From sequence record KT184315.1: a DNA stretch of 64,000 nt; one strand, written 5' to 3'. This document shows positions 17,571-26,912 of the stretch, piece after piece. Position 1 is the stretch's first letter. Every line of letters starts with the position of its first letter. A model generated the notes under the pieces. That model searched no databases. It worked only from the letters and a program-made list of their open reading frames with translations, and was not told the DNA's origin. Both the position numbers and the translations under genes were made by a program. The DNA is from Enterobacteria phage KhF3.

Positions 17571-17623
17571 TAGCTTGAGGGGTTACTTGATAGCCCCTTT
17601 GTAGGAACTTAGAAGGTAGCGAA

Positions 17624-18046
17624 ATGAAAGAGCTTATTGGTAAAAGATTGACAGTTTACTGCTCTAAAACAAAGAAACCACTTACTTCTGTGAAGGTCTT
17701 TGATGTTGACACCACTGGTGTAGAGTACCCAATCCAATGCACAATAATTACTCCATTCCATGCAGATGATATGGATTTTAAAGAGTGTGAAGTGATATCT
17801 TTTAATGCTGATGGGTATTGGAGAGGTAAGTTAAACAAGCAATCAGAAGATTTTGATATGCAAATCCTTATCAATGAAGGCTATATCGGTGTAAAAGATA
17901 TCCTCGTAGAAGCCTATGAAGAAGGTATAATTGATATTGTGCATGATGTTGAAAAAGCTTTAAAGCTTGTTATGCCGCATTTAGAATCTGGAAAGCTGAC
18001 TTTAGAGATGCTTAATAGGGTTATTCGGAGAGCTTATGAAAATTAA
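17624..18046 (+). CDS. hypothetical protein
   Basis: 140-aa ORF. Confidence 0.5.
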   Translation: MKELIGKRLTVYCSKTKKPLTSVKVFDVDTTGVEYPIQCTIITPFHADDMDFKECEVISFNADGYWRGKLNKQSEDFDMQILINEGYIGVKDILVEAYEEGIIDIVHDVEKALKLVMPHLESGKLTLEMLNRVIRRAYEN

Positions 18047-18500
18047 AGAAGTAGTGCAAAGAGCAATGCTTGACAATTCTACTAAAGATGAGATGTACAC
18101 AGAAATTTGTGATAAGTTGAACTGCTCAAGACATGCTGCTAAGGTTCTTGTACACTGTTTTATCTGGGAATGCTCAGAAGCTTATATGAAACACGTAGCT
18201 TTTGAGAGTTCTCATTTACTCGGTGATGCAAAAATAGGTGTAGCACTAAAAGAGCCTGAGATGAAAACAGTACCTAAAGTTGGTAATGTGTATAAACTAA
18301 AAAATTTTATTACAGGCGAGATTGTTGCAGAAGGTGAAGTGCAACAGGTTTATCATGATGGTAAATATCTGTTTAAGATATTCGAGTATGATAGTCGTTA
18401 CAGACACTTATGTGGTATTACATTTTTAGTTTCAGAGGATGACCTCATCAAGAACAATAGTAATAAATTCGCAGTACCAGAATATCAAGTTTTACGATAA
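18036..18500 (+). CDS. hypothetical protein
   Basis: 154-aa ORF. Confidence 0.5.
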   Translation: MKIKEVVQRAMLDNSTKDEMYTEICDKLNCSRHAAKVLVHCFIWECSEAYMKHVAFESSHLLGDAKIGVALKEPEMKTVPKVGNVYKLKNFITGEIVAEGEVQQVYHDGKYLFKIFEYDSRYRHLCGITFLVSEDDLIKNNSNKFAVPEYQVLR

Positions 18501-18513
18501 TGGTGTGATAGAT

Positions 18514-19062
18514 ATGGAAAAAGATAACTTAAAAGAAGTTGAAGGTAACTACTTAGTACTTGACTGGAAGGATGTTCGGGAAGCACTCTCCGAAGAAAAT
18601 CTTGACTGGTTCGAACAAATTATCTTTGCAGTACGGCATAACCGAGAAGTTGAAAATGGTAAAGAGCCACTTGAAGGAATCTTTGTAGAAAGGTCTTATC
18701 CATTCTATGAAGACACTTTGCAGAAAGTTAAGATGTACTTTAAACAGAAGAACCGTAAAGTGGTCACTATGGTATCTCTTGGTGGACAGAGTATGTCTGT
18801 GATGGAAGATATCAACCCTAAGAGACCGAGTAAAGGTGTTTGTATAAAAATCACAGGACATGAAGAGTATATCTCAGTGGCTGACTTTAGTGCATTCTGT
18901 AGTGGTTCTTGTGTCTTTAATGGTTTTCACTATGATATCCGAGTGTACCCAATCAAGGGAGATGCTGTTATGATGCAGATATTCGATAACAATAATGGAT
19001 TTACTCATTTTTATCAGACAACTAAGTCATCCCTAAAAACAGTTCTGGAAACACTGATTTAA
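18514..19062 (+). CDS. hypothetical protein
   Basis: In-frame ATG at 18514 avoids 60-nt overlap of track start 18439. Confidence 0.5.
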   Translation: MEKDNLKEVEGNYLVLDWKDVREALSEENLDWFEQIIFAVRHNREVENGKEPLEGIFVERSYPFYEDTLQKVKMYFKQKNRKVVTMVSLGGQSMSVMEDINPKRPSKGVCIKITGHEEYISVADFSAFCSGSCVFNGFHYDIRVYPIKGDAVMMQIFDNNNGFTHFYQTTKSSLKTVLETLI

Positions 19063-19073
19063 AATATCTTAAG

Positions 19074-19100
19074 AGCCTCCTTAATTGGGGGCTTTTTATT
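19074..19100 (+). terminator. rho-independent terminator ending plus block
   Basis: AGCCTCC-TTAATT-GGGGGCT followed by TTTTATT. Confidence 0.7.
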
Positions 19101-20676
19101 GAGTAAAATTTACGAAATTTATATTTTTTATAAAATTTTATCGGTTGTTCCAACCTCTGGGTCACCATCATATGTGAACAAAATATCTATCCTTCTTAAC
19201 AGCCTTCTTAATCTTATTCTCTATATAGTTATATAGTACTATATAGTATCTTAGTAACTATCTAGTGGTCTTAATAGCCCTCTGTATAGCCCTTCTAAAT
19301 AGCCCTCTAAACACTCTTCTAACAAGCCTTCTTAACAACCTATACAATCACCTTAACCATCTCTCTACACTCTCTTAGAAGCTCCTATACACCTCTTAAT
19401 CTCTATGTCAGCTATGATACTCTCTATAGGTGTTCACTAGGTGCTACTAAGCCTCTATATAGACTGTTTTAACAAACTTAACAGGAATATCTTTACAGAC
19501 CTTATCTCACAAGGTCTAACACGGTACTAACAAGGTATCTTATAAGCCTGTTATTACCTGTATTTTAGAAAGACTGTATAGGTAATTATTCAGATTTTTA
19601 AAATTTTTATAAAATAGGACTATCAAGTCATTTTTTAGGGTCTTTGAAGGAACTGAAAAATATCTGTAGAAGATGTATATCTGCTTGGTAGCCCTTAACA
19701 TCCCTGTAACATCCCCTTTGCAAAATTTTAAAATATCCTTAACAATCTCTTAACAGTTCTCACATCTTCTTAATAACTCTTCAAAGTTCTTAACAGATTC
19801 TTAACAGAACTAACAAGGGCTTAACAGTTTTCTAACAAGTGCTGAATAGACTTTACAGAATCTTAACAGATTCCTAACAAGAGCTCAGTAGTTAAATGTT
19901 AAGAGTTATTTTGTTAAGATAATTAACAAGTTTCTAACAAGTGTTTAATCTTTTTAACAAGCTATTAACATGGTCACTACTCTTTTCTTATCGTTCCCTT
20001 TCCTTTCTTAGTGATTCCTTAAACATACCTCTTAAAAGCTCTGTATAGCTCTGTATAACCCCTTTTAAGCCTCTTCCTAGTAATTACACCCCAACTATAC
20101 AGATACCTCTTTATAGGGCTTTACAGGGGCTTTAAAGGCTATGTCAAAGGTTCTTACAAGGCTTTTACGTGGTTTTAACAGAGATTTAACAAGGGGCTAA
20201 CAAGTCTCTAACAAGTGCCTTAAAAGCATAACTATGTAGGGATTGTTAAGAAATTGTTAAGAAAATGTTAAGGGGGCTAGCATTTACGTAACTTTTAAGC
20301 AACTTTGAAGTAACTTTATAACCCCTATAACATACTTTTCAGTTACTATCAAGGGGCTTGTTTAGTAGTTCACAAGATAGCTAACGAGATAATAAAACTT
20401 ACACCCTTATAAGATTCTTTTAAGGTTCTAGGAAGCTTTATAAAGGGCTTTTTAGAGCAGGTTAATATGATTGCTTAAGTTAGGTTGATAAGGCTGTTAT
20501 AGAGCTTTATAGAGCGTTTTAGTGGTTGCCCTTCCCTTTCGGGTTATGGGCTTATATTTAAGTTGATTTGATAAGAAGATATAGAGTAGACTATAGAGTT
20601 ATTGCTTTTAAGGTCTGGTAAGATTCTAACTTGTTAGGGGAGTCTGGGAAGATTCTGGGAAGGGATTGGATAGACG
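19101..20676. repeat. 1.6-kb non-coding region dense in short direct repeats (YTAACAR, CTATAGAG families)
   Basis: No ORF over 60 aa; more than 20 copies of CTTAACAG / CTAACAAG / TTAACAAG-like octamers; lies between convergent terminators. Confidence 0.7.
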
Positions 20677-20702
20677 TAAAAAAGCCCCTATGAGAAGGAG
20701 CT
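20677..20702 (-). terminator. rho-independent terminator ending minus block
   Basis: Minus-sense AGCTCC ... GGGGCT hairpin followed by T6. Confidence 0.6.
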
Positions 20703-20740
20703 TTTCAGGTATCTGGGGCTAAATAGCCCCGTTGCGTCGA

Positions 20741-20989
20741 TTAGTTGTAACCTTGTTTGCTGTAGTATAGGGAGACGATTTTTTCTCCCCAGTAGTGGTA
20801 GTGATATTCCTCGTTTATGGCTTCTTTTACAGCGTCCTTCCAAAAGTCATCGGTAGGGTTATAATCTGGTAGCACCTGCTGAATCAGCATTTTGATAAGG
20901 TCAAAGGTGTTATCTGTTCCACCGATATCGAATTTTGCATCAAGTTCGTGGCAGCCATAAGCATTAACAGTTACGCGGATAGTTGACAT
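20741..20989 (-). CDS. early-region small hypothetical protein
   Basis: 82-aa ORF preceded by cassette with GGAG RBS. Confidence 0.5.
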   Translation of the reverse strand: MSTIRVTVNAYGCHELDAKFDIGGTDNTFDLIKMLIQQVLPDYNPTDDFWKDAVKEAINEEYHYHYWGEKIVSLYYSKQGYN

Positions 20990-21054
20990 AATTTAGATTC
21001 TCCAGTTTAGGACTTTACTTAGTGGGGGGAGGTCATCCCCCGTTAATTAGTAAT

Positions 21055-21318
21055 TTACTGCATATTGGCGTATGTTGCAAGCCTTTTTTCGTTGTATTTT
21101 GTAAGAATCTCACAAGATACAACATCATACTTTGTAACAGCGTTGCCTTTATCGAGGTCAAAAAAGCCAAACGCTTTACCATCTTTGAATCCGACAACTT
21201 CGTAAGATTCTTTGATGATTTCACCATTGAACAAATCACTTTCGATACGGTGAAATAATGCTACATCTTCTTTGTCGGTTGCAATTTGTAAAAGTGTGGT
21301 TAATTCTACGTTTTCCAT
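21055..21318 (-). CDS. early-region small hypothetical protein
   Basis: Chosen over overlapping track ORFs because the cassette RBS sits immediately upstream. Confidence 0.5.
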   Translation of the reverse strand: MENVELTTLLQIATDKEDVALFHRIESDLFNGEIIKESYEVVGFKDGKAFGFFDLDKGNAVTKYDVVSCEILTKYNEKRLATYANMQ

Positions 21319-21407
21319 CTTGATAACTCCAGTTTAGGACTTTATTTAGTGGGGAAGGTCATTCCCTCCCCGTTGATTGACAATTTACAGATTTTTATCA
21401 GGCTTGT

Positions 21408-21641
21408 CTAGTCTTTTTCAATGATAATTTCATACTGACCATCTACGCTGTCAAAATAGACACCTTCTTCATCTTCTGTCTTAAAGTAACATTGTATATC
21501 ATCACTGGCGGGATAGTCTTGCCTTGCTATCTGGCACACTTGAACAGCATTTTCTTTACTCCCTGTAAACTCCTCAAGCCCTTTAAAATCGCATGAATGA
21601 CCGTTACAAATAGAAAGGATGAGGTAAATGGTTGTAAGCAT
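21408..21641 (-). CDS. early-region small protein with hydrophobic N-terminus
   Basis: 77-aa ORF. Confidence 0.45.
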   Translation of the reverse strand: MLTTIYLILSICNGHSCDFKGLEEFTGSKENAVQVCQIARQDYPASDDIQCYFKTEDEEGVYFDSVDGQYEIIIEKD

Positions 21642-21707
21642 GATTTAAGCCTCTTAAAAGCCCCTTACAGGGGCTGAATAGTGTTTATAAGGTGATTGCA
21701 TAGGTTT

Positions 21708-22250
21708 TTAGAAAAAACCCTTTAAATCCTCTTCTGCGATGTTTCCTGTCAGTGTATCCATGATGTCACAAAAAACCTGAATACTGTCCGACTGTTGAAC
21801 ACTTTTAGCAAGTAGTTCTAATGTCTCATCAAGATAGTTTAAATTTGGGTTATCCAATGAAGGAAGACAAAAAGGTGAATACATAGCGTTAAACTCTGTT
21901 GTATAGACCTTTTTAATCCAATTTATATCAAAATACTCTGTAAAACTTGCTACACTCGACATATTATCACAAGAATAATCATCGTTTAGTTCATCCTCTG
22001 GAATATCAAGTTCTAGGATAACAATATTTTGTGTCTTCATCTGGAAAGCTGCGGTGATAGTGGCATTGCCTAAAGCTTGCTGGATACCTTCAGAGATTAT
22101 TTCTTCCTCATCGTCGCCATAGATTTTATTTTCTGGATACACGTAAAAATTGCCGTCCATATCCGAACAATTCCATGCGCCTGATGGTTTATCACCGTTA
22201 TTAATCAGGTTGAGGAAATTTTCTTGAGTAGTTCCGTGATAGCATTTCAT
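21708..22250 (-). CDS. early-region hypothetical protein
   Basis: 180-aa ORF. Confidence 0.5.
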   Translation of the reverse strand: MKCYHGTTQENFLNLINNGDKPSGAWNCSDMDGNFYVYPENKIYGDDEEEIISEGIQQALGNATITAAFQMKTQNIVILELDIPEDELNDDYSCDNMSSVASFTEYFDINWIKKVYTTEFNAMYSPFCLPSLDNPNLNYLDETLELLAKSVQQSDSIQVFCDIMDTLTGNIAEEDLKGFF

Positions 22251-22337
22251 TTTTGAATCTCCTAGTTTAAGGATTTAGTGGTAAAGCTCTTTATCTGGGG
22301 CTTACTTTATCGAACTATAAGCCCCTTGTAAAGTACT
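22251..22337 (-). promoter_or_regulatory. early-gene cassette type A: promoter overlapped by palindrome, then RBS
   Basis: Minus-sense AT-rich tract, TTTACA, 17 nt, TAAAGT; palindrome GGGGCTTA-N13-TAAGCCCC spans the -10; GGAGA RBS; about 7 near-identical copies. Confidence 0.55.
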
Positions 22338-22586
22338 TTATTTAACTTTCTTTGAGAAAATTAGTTTAACTGCAACCGTAGGAACCTCGTCAGCGATTGT
22401 AACCAGCATCACTTTTTGAGTGACCAACTTATAACCGTTCTTTGCAGCGTATGCGGTAAAACGGTTGACATTGTAACTATAAGTTTTTGGTGTGTTATCT
22501 GGCATGTGGTAAATGAAAGGTTTACCCAAATTTTCTTCTTGTGTCAATAATCTACAGGTATCGGGAATGTTAAAGTAGTTCATCAT
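22338..22586 (-). CDS. early-region small hypothetical protein
   Basis: 82-aa ORF flanked by cassettes. Confidence 0.5.
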   Translation of the reverse strand: MMNYFNIPDTCRLLTQEENLGKPFIYHMPDNTPKTYSYNVNRFTAYAAKNGYKLVTQKVMLVTIADEVPTVAVKLIFSKKVK

Positions 22587-22672
22587 TTTTAGAATCTCCA
22601 GTTTAGGATTTAGTGGTAAAGCTCTTTATCTGAGGCTTAAGTTATCAACTTTTAAGCCCCTTGTAAAGTACT

Positions 22673-22876
22673 TTATTTGTTATTTTTGACAACTTTTAAA
22701 ACTGCAAGATAGCCTAAGCAATAAGAATCACCGAAGAGAGTCCTACCCATGAAAGAATCCTCTTTGATATCCTTTGCAGTGACAGTTTTTTCTACGCCGT
22801 GGGAAAGGACTATATCACCAACTTTGATATCTTTGATGTGTGTAGTTTCAATGGTTAAACCATTAATAATAGCCAT
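22673..22876 (-). CDS. early-region small hypothetical protein
   Basis: 67-aa ORF flanked by cassettes. Confidence 0.5.
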   Translation of the reverse strand: MAIINGLTIETTHIKDIKVGDIVLSHGVEKTVTAKDIKEDSFMGRTLFGDSYCLGYLAVLKVVKNNK

Positions 22877-22978
22877 TTTTAGAATCTCCAGTTTAGGACT
22901 TTATTTAGTGGGGAAGGTCATTCCCTCCCCGTTGATGTGTAATTTAATCTATCTAAAAACCAGTGTCAACAAAATTTT
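22877..22978 (-). promoter_or_regulatory. early-gene cassette type B: promoter, leader hairpin, RBS
   Basis: Minus-sense TTGACA (22964-22969), 17 nt, TAAATT (22941-22946); 8-bp GC hairpin GGGGAGGG/CCTTCCCC in the leader; GGAGA RBS; about 5 copies. Confidence 0.6.
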
Positions 22979-23383
22979 TTAGAGTTCTGCATAAATTGCA
23001 TCACAGATATCGCGGAAGTCATGATTAGTCAAATTACGCTGCAACCAAGTGGCGAAAAAGTCAGCGATTGCAAAGTTAGCATCATACTCGACAGATAGCC
23101 ACACTTTAACAGCAAATCGGAACATTTTCAAATCTAACTCTTTATTCATTACCTTAGATTTGCCTAACATGTCGGACATTTCATATTGCGCACCGTCTAG
23201 TGTGATACCTGCTGCAACGTCAGCCAATGAATTTTTTACGTTTTCAACGTCTAAAATAACGCTTTGAATCTTTCCGATAATGTTGTGCAATGTCTCATCA
23301 GGCGCTGATGATGTCATAATGTTGATTCGATTAACGGTCAAACGTGCTTTTAAGGTTGATAATTCACGGTTATTAATAGCCAT
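22979..23383 (-). CDS. early-region hypothetical protein
   Basis: 134-aa ORF. Confidence 0.5.
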   Translation of the reverse strand: MAINNRELSTLKARLTVNRINIMTSSAPDETLHNIIGKIQSVILDVENVKNSLADVAAGITLDGAQYEMSDMLGKSKVMNKELDLKMFRFAVKVWLSVEYDANFAIADFFATWLQRNLTNHDFRDICDAIYAEL

Positions 23384-23468
23384 TTTAGAATCTCCAATTT
23401 AGGATTGAGTGGTAAAGTTCTTTATCTGGTGCTTACTTTATCGAACTATAAGCCCCTTGTAAAGTACT

Positions 23469-23741
23469 TTATACTAAATGCAGCTTTTTACCTTTTACTA
23501 TGATGTAACTAGATGCACTATTGCTTTGCACATCCTGATAAATTCTGCGCAAACGTCCTTCGTAGTATACTTTCCAACTGGTTGGAATCTTTTTCCCGTA
23601 TCCTGTAGCAGTTTTTTGGAGTCCTGCAACTTGCCAATTTAAGATGTGTTGCTCAGCCCGTAAATCTTCAAAGCACATCACACCGTCTACATAGTGACGC
23701 AAGGTGACATTTAAGGTGCGACCGTTGTTAGTAGTATACAT
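23469..23741 (-). CDS. early-region small hypothetical protein
   Basis: 90-aa ORF. Confidence 0.5.
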   Translation of the reverse strand: MYTTNNGRTLNVTLRHYVDGVMCFEDLRAEQHILNWQVAGLQKTATGYGKKIPTSWKVYYEGRLRRIYQDVQSNSASSYIIVKGKKLHLV

Positions 23742-23830
23742 TTTCAGAATCTCCAGTTTAGGACTTTATTTAGTGGGGAAGGTCATTCCCTCCCCGTTGA
23801 TGTGTAATTTAGCCTATCTAAAAATCAGTG

Positions 23831-24163
23831 TCAAACACTTTGTTTTCGTTTGCTCAATTCTTGAACAATTACAGCGTAGTAGTCTTTTAAGTCACTGATA
23901 TTTAAAGCGTTTATCAGTGAATTATAATCATCAATAAGTTGATAGTCATCTTTGAAAATGTCACTAATCTGATAGGTTTTCGCTTTAAATCTAAAGCTCA
24001 TCTCTAGCCGCTTTATTTGCTCATCACTTAAACGCCCTAGAAAGCTCTCTACAAGGTTATTACTAACCTGCTGTGTGATTGCCTTACTTGCCAGATTATA
24101 GGCTTTATATGCCTTATATAGCGCGAAAATGGCAATGATTGCAGTGATACCAGTCATTAACAT
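23831..24163 (-). CDS. early-region small membrane protein
   Basis: N-terminal hydrophobic helix. Confidence 0.5.
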   Translation of the reverse strand: MLMTGITAIIAIFALYKAYKAYNLASKAITQQVSNNLVESFLGRLSDEQIKRLEMSFRFKAKTYQISDIFKDDYQLIDDYNSLINALNISDLKDYYAVIVQELSKRKQSV

Positions 24164-24453
24164 GGTGTTTCCTCTTTACGTGATACTTTGCCATTTACAG
24201 ATATCTCATAAGATTCTAATAAATCGCTTTTAGACTTTACAGGACTTTTAAAAGTATCATCATAAATATTAACTTGCAATACAGGTTTTTTATACTCCCT
24301 GCAACTGTTCCATAAGCAAATCACTACACGACGGCCTTTGATTTTTCCGTGTAACCATTCCATAACATCATGACTATTCCTTGATGTTTCAATGAAATCA
24401 ATTTTATTAAGTAACTTGCTTAAATTTTCACGGACTTTATTTGATAATTTCAT
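24157..24453 (-). CDS. early-region small hypothetical protein
   Basis: 98-aa ORF. Confidence 0.5.
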   Translation of the reverse strand: MKLSNKVRENLSKLLNKIDFIETSRNSHDVMEWLHGKIKGRRVVICLWNSCREYKKPVLQVNIYDDTFKSPVKSKSDLLESYEISVNGKVSRKEETPC

Positions 24454-24545
24454 TTTAGAATCTCCTAGTTTAAGGGTTGATTTGAATAAAGCTCTTTATC
24501 TGGGGCTATCTTATCAGTCTGATAACCCCGTGTAAAGAAATCTAT

Positions 24546-25058
24546 TTAGTTCTTAAAGATATTCATCACTGAGTCTTTCAACGATTCCAAACGTTCTAAT
24601 ACTTCAGATTCTGCGTCTGCGTTGTTCACCTCTTCTTTTAGTCTATCCTCTAAATCATCGCCGTCACGATAGCACCAATCGAAAGCATAACCAAGATAAA
24701 AACTTTCTAAAACCGTGCTACCGTTTGCATCCACAACTTTCGCGGCAAGGTTATACTCTGAAGCCTCTAAATCTCTTTCTAGTTCTTTCTGTAAGCTCGT
24801 GTAAGCCTCTTTCGATGGATTCTCACGGCCTTGTTTTGCATAGTCACTTGAAAGCTGTTTAAGGCTGTAATGTAAAGGGATTGCATATTTAAATTCATTA
24901 CGCTGACAGTTAGGATTTTTAATCGTCACACCGCCTTGATGGTCATCTGTAAACTTCCAATTATCAAGATTATGGCTTGCTTCAAAGCAATTTACCGCTT
25001 CGTAAATAATGGTGAATTTTTCTTTTACAACTTCAAAGGTAGCGTCTACAGTTTTCAT
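24546..25058 (-). CDS. early-region hypothetical protein
   Basis: 170-aa ORF. Confidence 0.5.
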   Translation of the reverse strand: MKTVDATFEVVKEKFTIIYEAVNCFEASHNLDNWKFTDDHQGGVTIKNPNCQRNEFKYAIPLHYSLKQLSSDYAKQGRENPSKEAYTSLQKELERDLEASEYNLAAKVVDANGSTVLESFYLGYAFDWCYRDGDDLEDRLKEEVNNADAESEVLERLESLKDSVMNIFKN

Positions 25059-25145
25059 TTTTGAATCTCCTAGTTTAAGGATTGAGTGGTAAAGCTCTTT
25101 ATCTGGGGCTTAAGATATCAACTTTTAAGCCCCCTGTAAAGTACT

Positions 25146-25454
25146 TTATTTGTTAATTTTCAGCTTTGCATAACTTCTCATTGTACGAATGGGGGATGTT
25201 AATGCTACGCGTCTAATGTATGCCTTTTTCGTGTATACAGTTGTCTTCCCGATAGTGTTTACACATGTAAAAAGGTTTATCGGTGAATTTTTTAACTTCA
25301 ACTGTTTATCAACCTTCACGCCCCACCTTACAGCAGATTGTTTTCCGTTGTCAACCACTTTCCCGCATAACTTTTTAGCCATGATACGAGCGTCATCACG
25401 AGTCTTTGCGGTAATTACAACGTTTTTGATAATAGCCATTTTTAAGTTCTCCAA
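25146..25454 (-). CDS. early-region small basic protein
   Basis: 102-aa ORF. Confidence 0.5.
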   Translation of the reverse strand: MENLKMAIIKNVVITAKTRDDARIMAKKLCGKVVDNGKQSAVRWGVKVDKQLKLKNSPINLFTCVNTIGKTTVYTKKAYIRRVALTSPIRTMRSYAKLKINK

Positions 25455-25525
25455 TTTAGGATTTAGTGGTAAAGCTCTTTATCTGGGGCTTACTTTATCG
25501 AACTATAAGCCCCTTGTAAAGTACT

Positions 25526-25909
25526 TTATTTGTTAATTTTGAAGGTAGTTACATAACCATCACTACCGATTATTTGAGACACTCCAGCTTTTTCTACTTT
25601 ATAGCCCATATTTTCAAGATGATAAACAGCATCATCATAACCATATGCGCCACCCTGATAACGTCTCTTATCACATTTTATCAGGTTTTTACCACGTCCA
25701 GCAAGTGCATGTAAAATGGCTTTTTCACTTGAAAGAGTACCATCTAACATGGTTGCCGTGTAATGGTTGATTCTATTCCCGTTTACATCATACTTAAAAT
25801 TGAATGCGTGAACAATGATAATGTTACCTTTAAAATTTTCATCAAGTGACTTCTCCAGTGCGTTGCGAAAGTTGTCTTTGTTGATGAATTTCGGTGCACG
25901 ATAAGCCAT
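25526..25909 (-). CDS. early-region hypothetical protein
   Basis: 127-aa ORF. Confidence 0.5.
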   Translation of the reverse strand: MAYRAPKFINKDNFRNALEKSLDENFKGNIIIVHAFNFKYDVNGNRINHYTATMLDGTLSSEKAILHALAGRGKNLIKCDKRRYQGGAYGYDDAVYHLENMGYKVEKAGVSQIIGSDGYVTTFKINK

Positions 25910-25997
25910 TTTTGAATCTCCTAGTTTAAGGGTTAATTTAGTAAAGCTCTTTATCTGGGGCTTAAGATATCAGCTTTTAAGCCCCCTGTAAAGTACT

Positions 25998-26219
25998 TTA
26001 TTTGTCGTAGTAGTAAATCGCTGTCTGCCTTGTAAATTTCTTAGTGTTTCTTGTAAGGTAGCAATTAGAATTAATAGCCGTTTCTACATAGTTGCAATAG
26101 TCGGCTTCTGATATTCTGGACCATACGCCACAAATTTGCATGTAAAAACGTTTTACCTTTGTGTTAACGTTAGTTGTAACCATCAATTCACGACTGTAAA
26201 GCATTATTTCGCGCTCCAT
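25998..26219 (-). CDS. early-region small hypothetical protein
   Basis: 73-aa ORF. Confidence 0.45.
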   Translation of the reverse strand: MEREIMLYSRELMVTTNVNTKVKRFYMQICGVWSRISEADYCNYVETAINSNCYLTRNTKKFTRQTAIYYYDK

Positions 26220-26392
26220 TTCTCAAAGAGTTCAGCAGGGAAACGTTCGCTATACCCTTTTAAGGAAAAAGTATTATCTTTGTGGATAGCTTCCACCTGA
26301 TAAACCTTATAAGAGCGTATAGTTAGCATTTTGTAAGAGTATTCGTGCTTAATGTTAACCTCATCGCCAACTTTAATTTTTCTTGATGCCAT
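26204..26392 (-). CDS. early-region small hypothetical protein
   Basis: 62-aa ORF, first gene behind promoter 26456-26484. Confidence 0.45.
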   Translation of the reverse strand: MASRKIKVGDEVNIKHEYSYKMLTIRSYKVYQVEAIHKDNTFSLKGYSERFPAELFEKWSAK

Positions 26393-26455
26393 TTTTGAAT
26401 CTCCAGTTTAGGATTTTATTTAGTGGGGAAGGTCATTCCCTCCCCGTTGATGTAA

Positions 26456-26484
26456 ATATTAGATAACCACGTTCAAAGAGTCAA
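26456..26484 (-). promoter_or_regulatory. sigma70-like promoter heading the early array
   Basis: Minus-sense TTGACT, 17 nt, TAATAT, with AT-rich upstream tract. Confidence 0.6.
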
Positions 26485-26660
26485 TAAAAATTTTAAAAAT
26501 ATTTTTGGCAAAACTGTAATGAAACGGGTGCGCACGACTACCACAAAACAGAACGCAAATCAAGAATTATTTTTCAATCCGCTACAAATTTTTCTATTGA
26601 CTTTTGGGGAGAGGGGGAGTAAGAGGGGGAGAGGTGTTGGGCTGGCTGTCTATAAAAACC

Positions 26661-26839
26661 TACCTGCACAATTCTAAAATGATTTTTCTTGCCCGACCTG
26701 AGCGGAGTCTGCACGTTTTGAAAATGAAAAAGCTCTTTGGAGATTACCTGCACAGTTTGAAAATGAATTTTCTCTTTGGAGTTCAAAATTCTCTCTACAG
26801 ATTTCTCTACAGAACTCTACCTGCACAATTCTGAAATGA
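26661..26839. repeat. four direct repeats CTGCACARTTYTRAAATGA in non-coding region
   Basis: Copies near 26664, 26710, 26748, 26821; adjacent G-rich tract GGGGAGAGGGGGAGTAAGAGGGGGAGAGG at 26606-26634. Confidence 0.65.
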
Positions 26840-26912
26840 AAAAGCCCTCCTTACCTGAAAAATTTACCAGATAAGAAAGGCTTAGGCTATTGTGAATATC
26901 CTACAGAGTTTC

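Noticed and set aside
19101-20676. Repeat-rich region as a CRISPR array or as coding sequence
   Set aside because: Repeats are short, degenerate and irregularly spaced, and no open reading frame of meaningful length exists on either strand.
21022-21258. Overlapping track ORFs 21022..21258 (+) and 21033..21239 (-)
   Set aside because: The minus ORF 21055..21318 is the one placed directly behind a cassette RBS; the others conflict with it.
20741-26484. Early-gene cassette array as a CRISPR array
   Set aside because: The intervening segments are 200-550-bp protein-coding ORFs with RBS and start codons, the repeats are 65-100 bp in two variants, and no cas genes are present.
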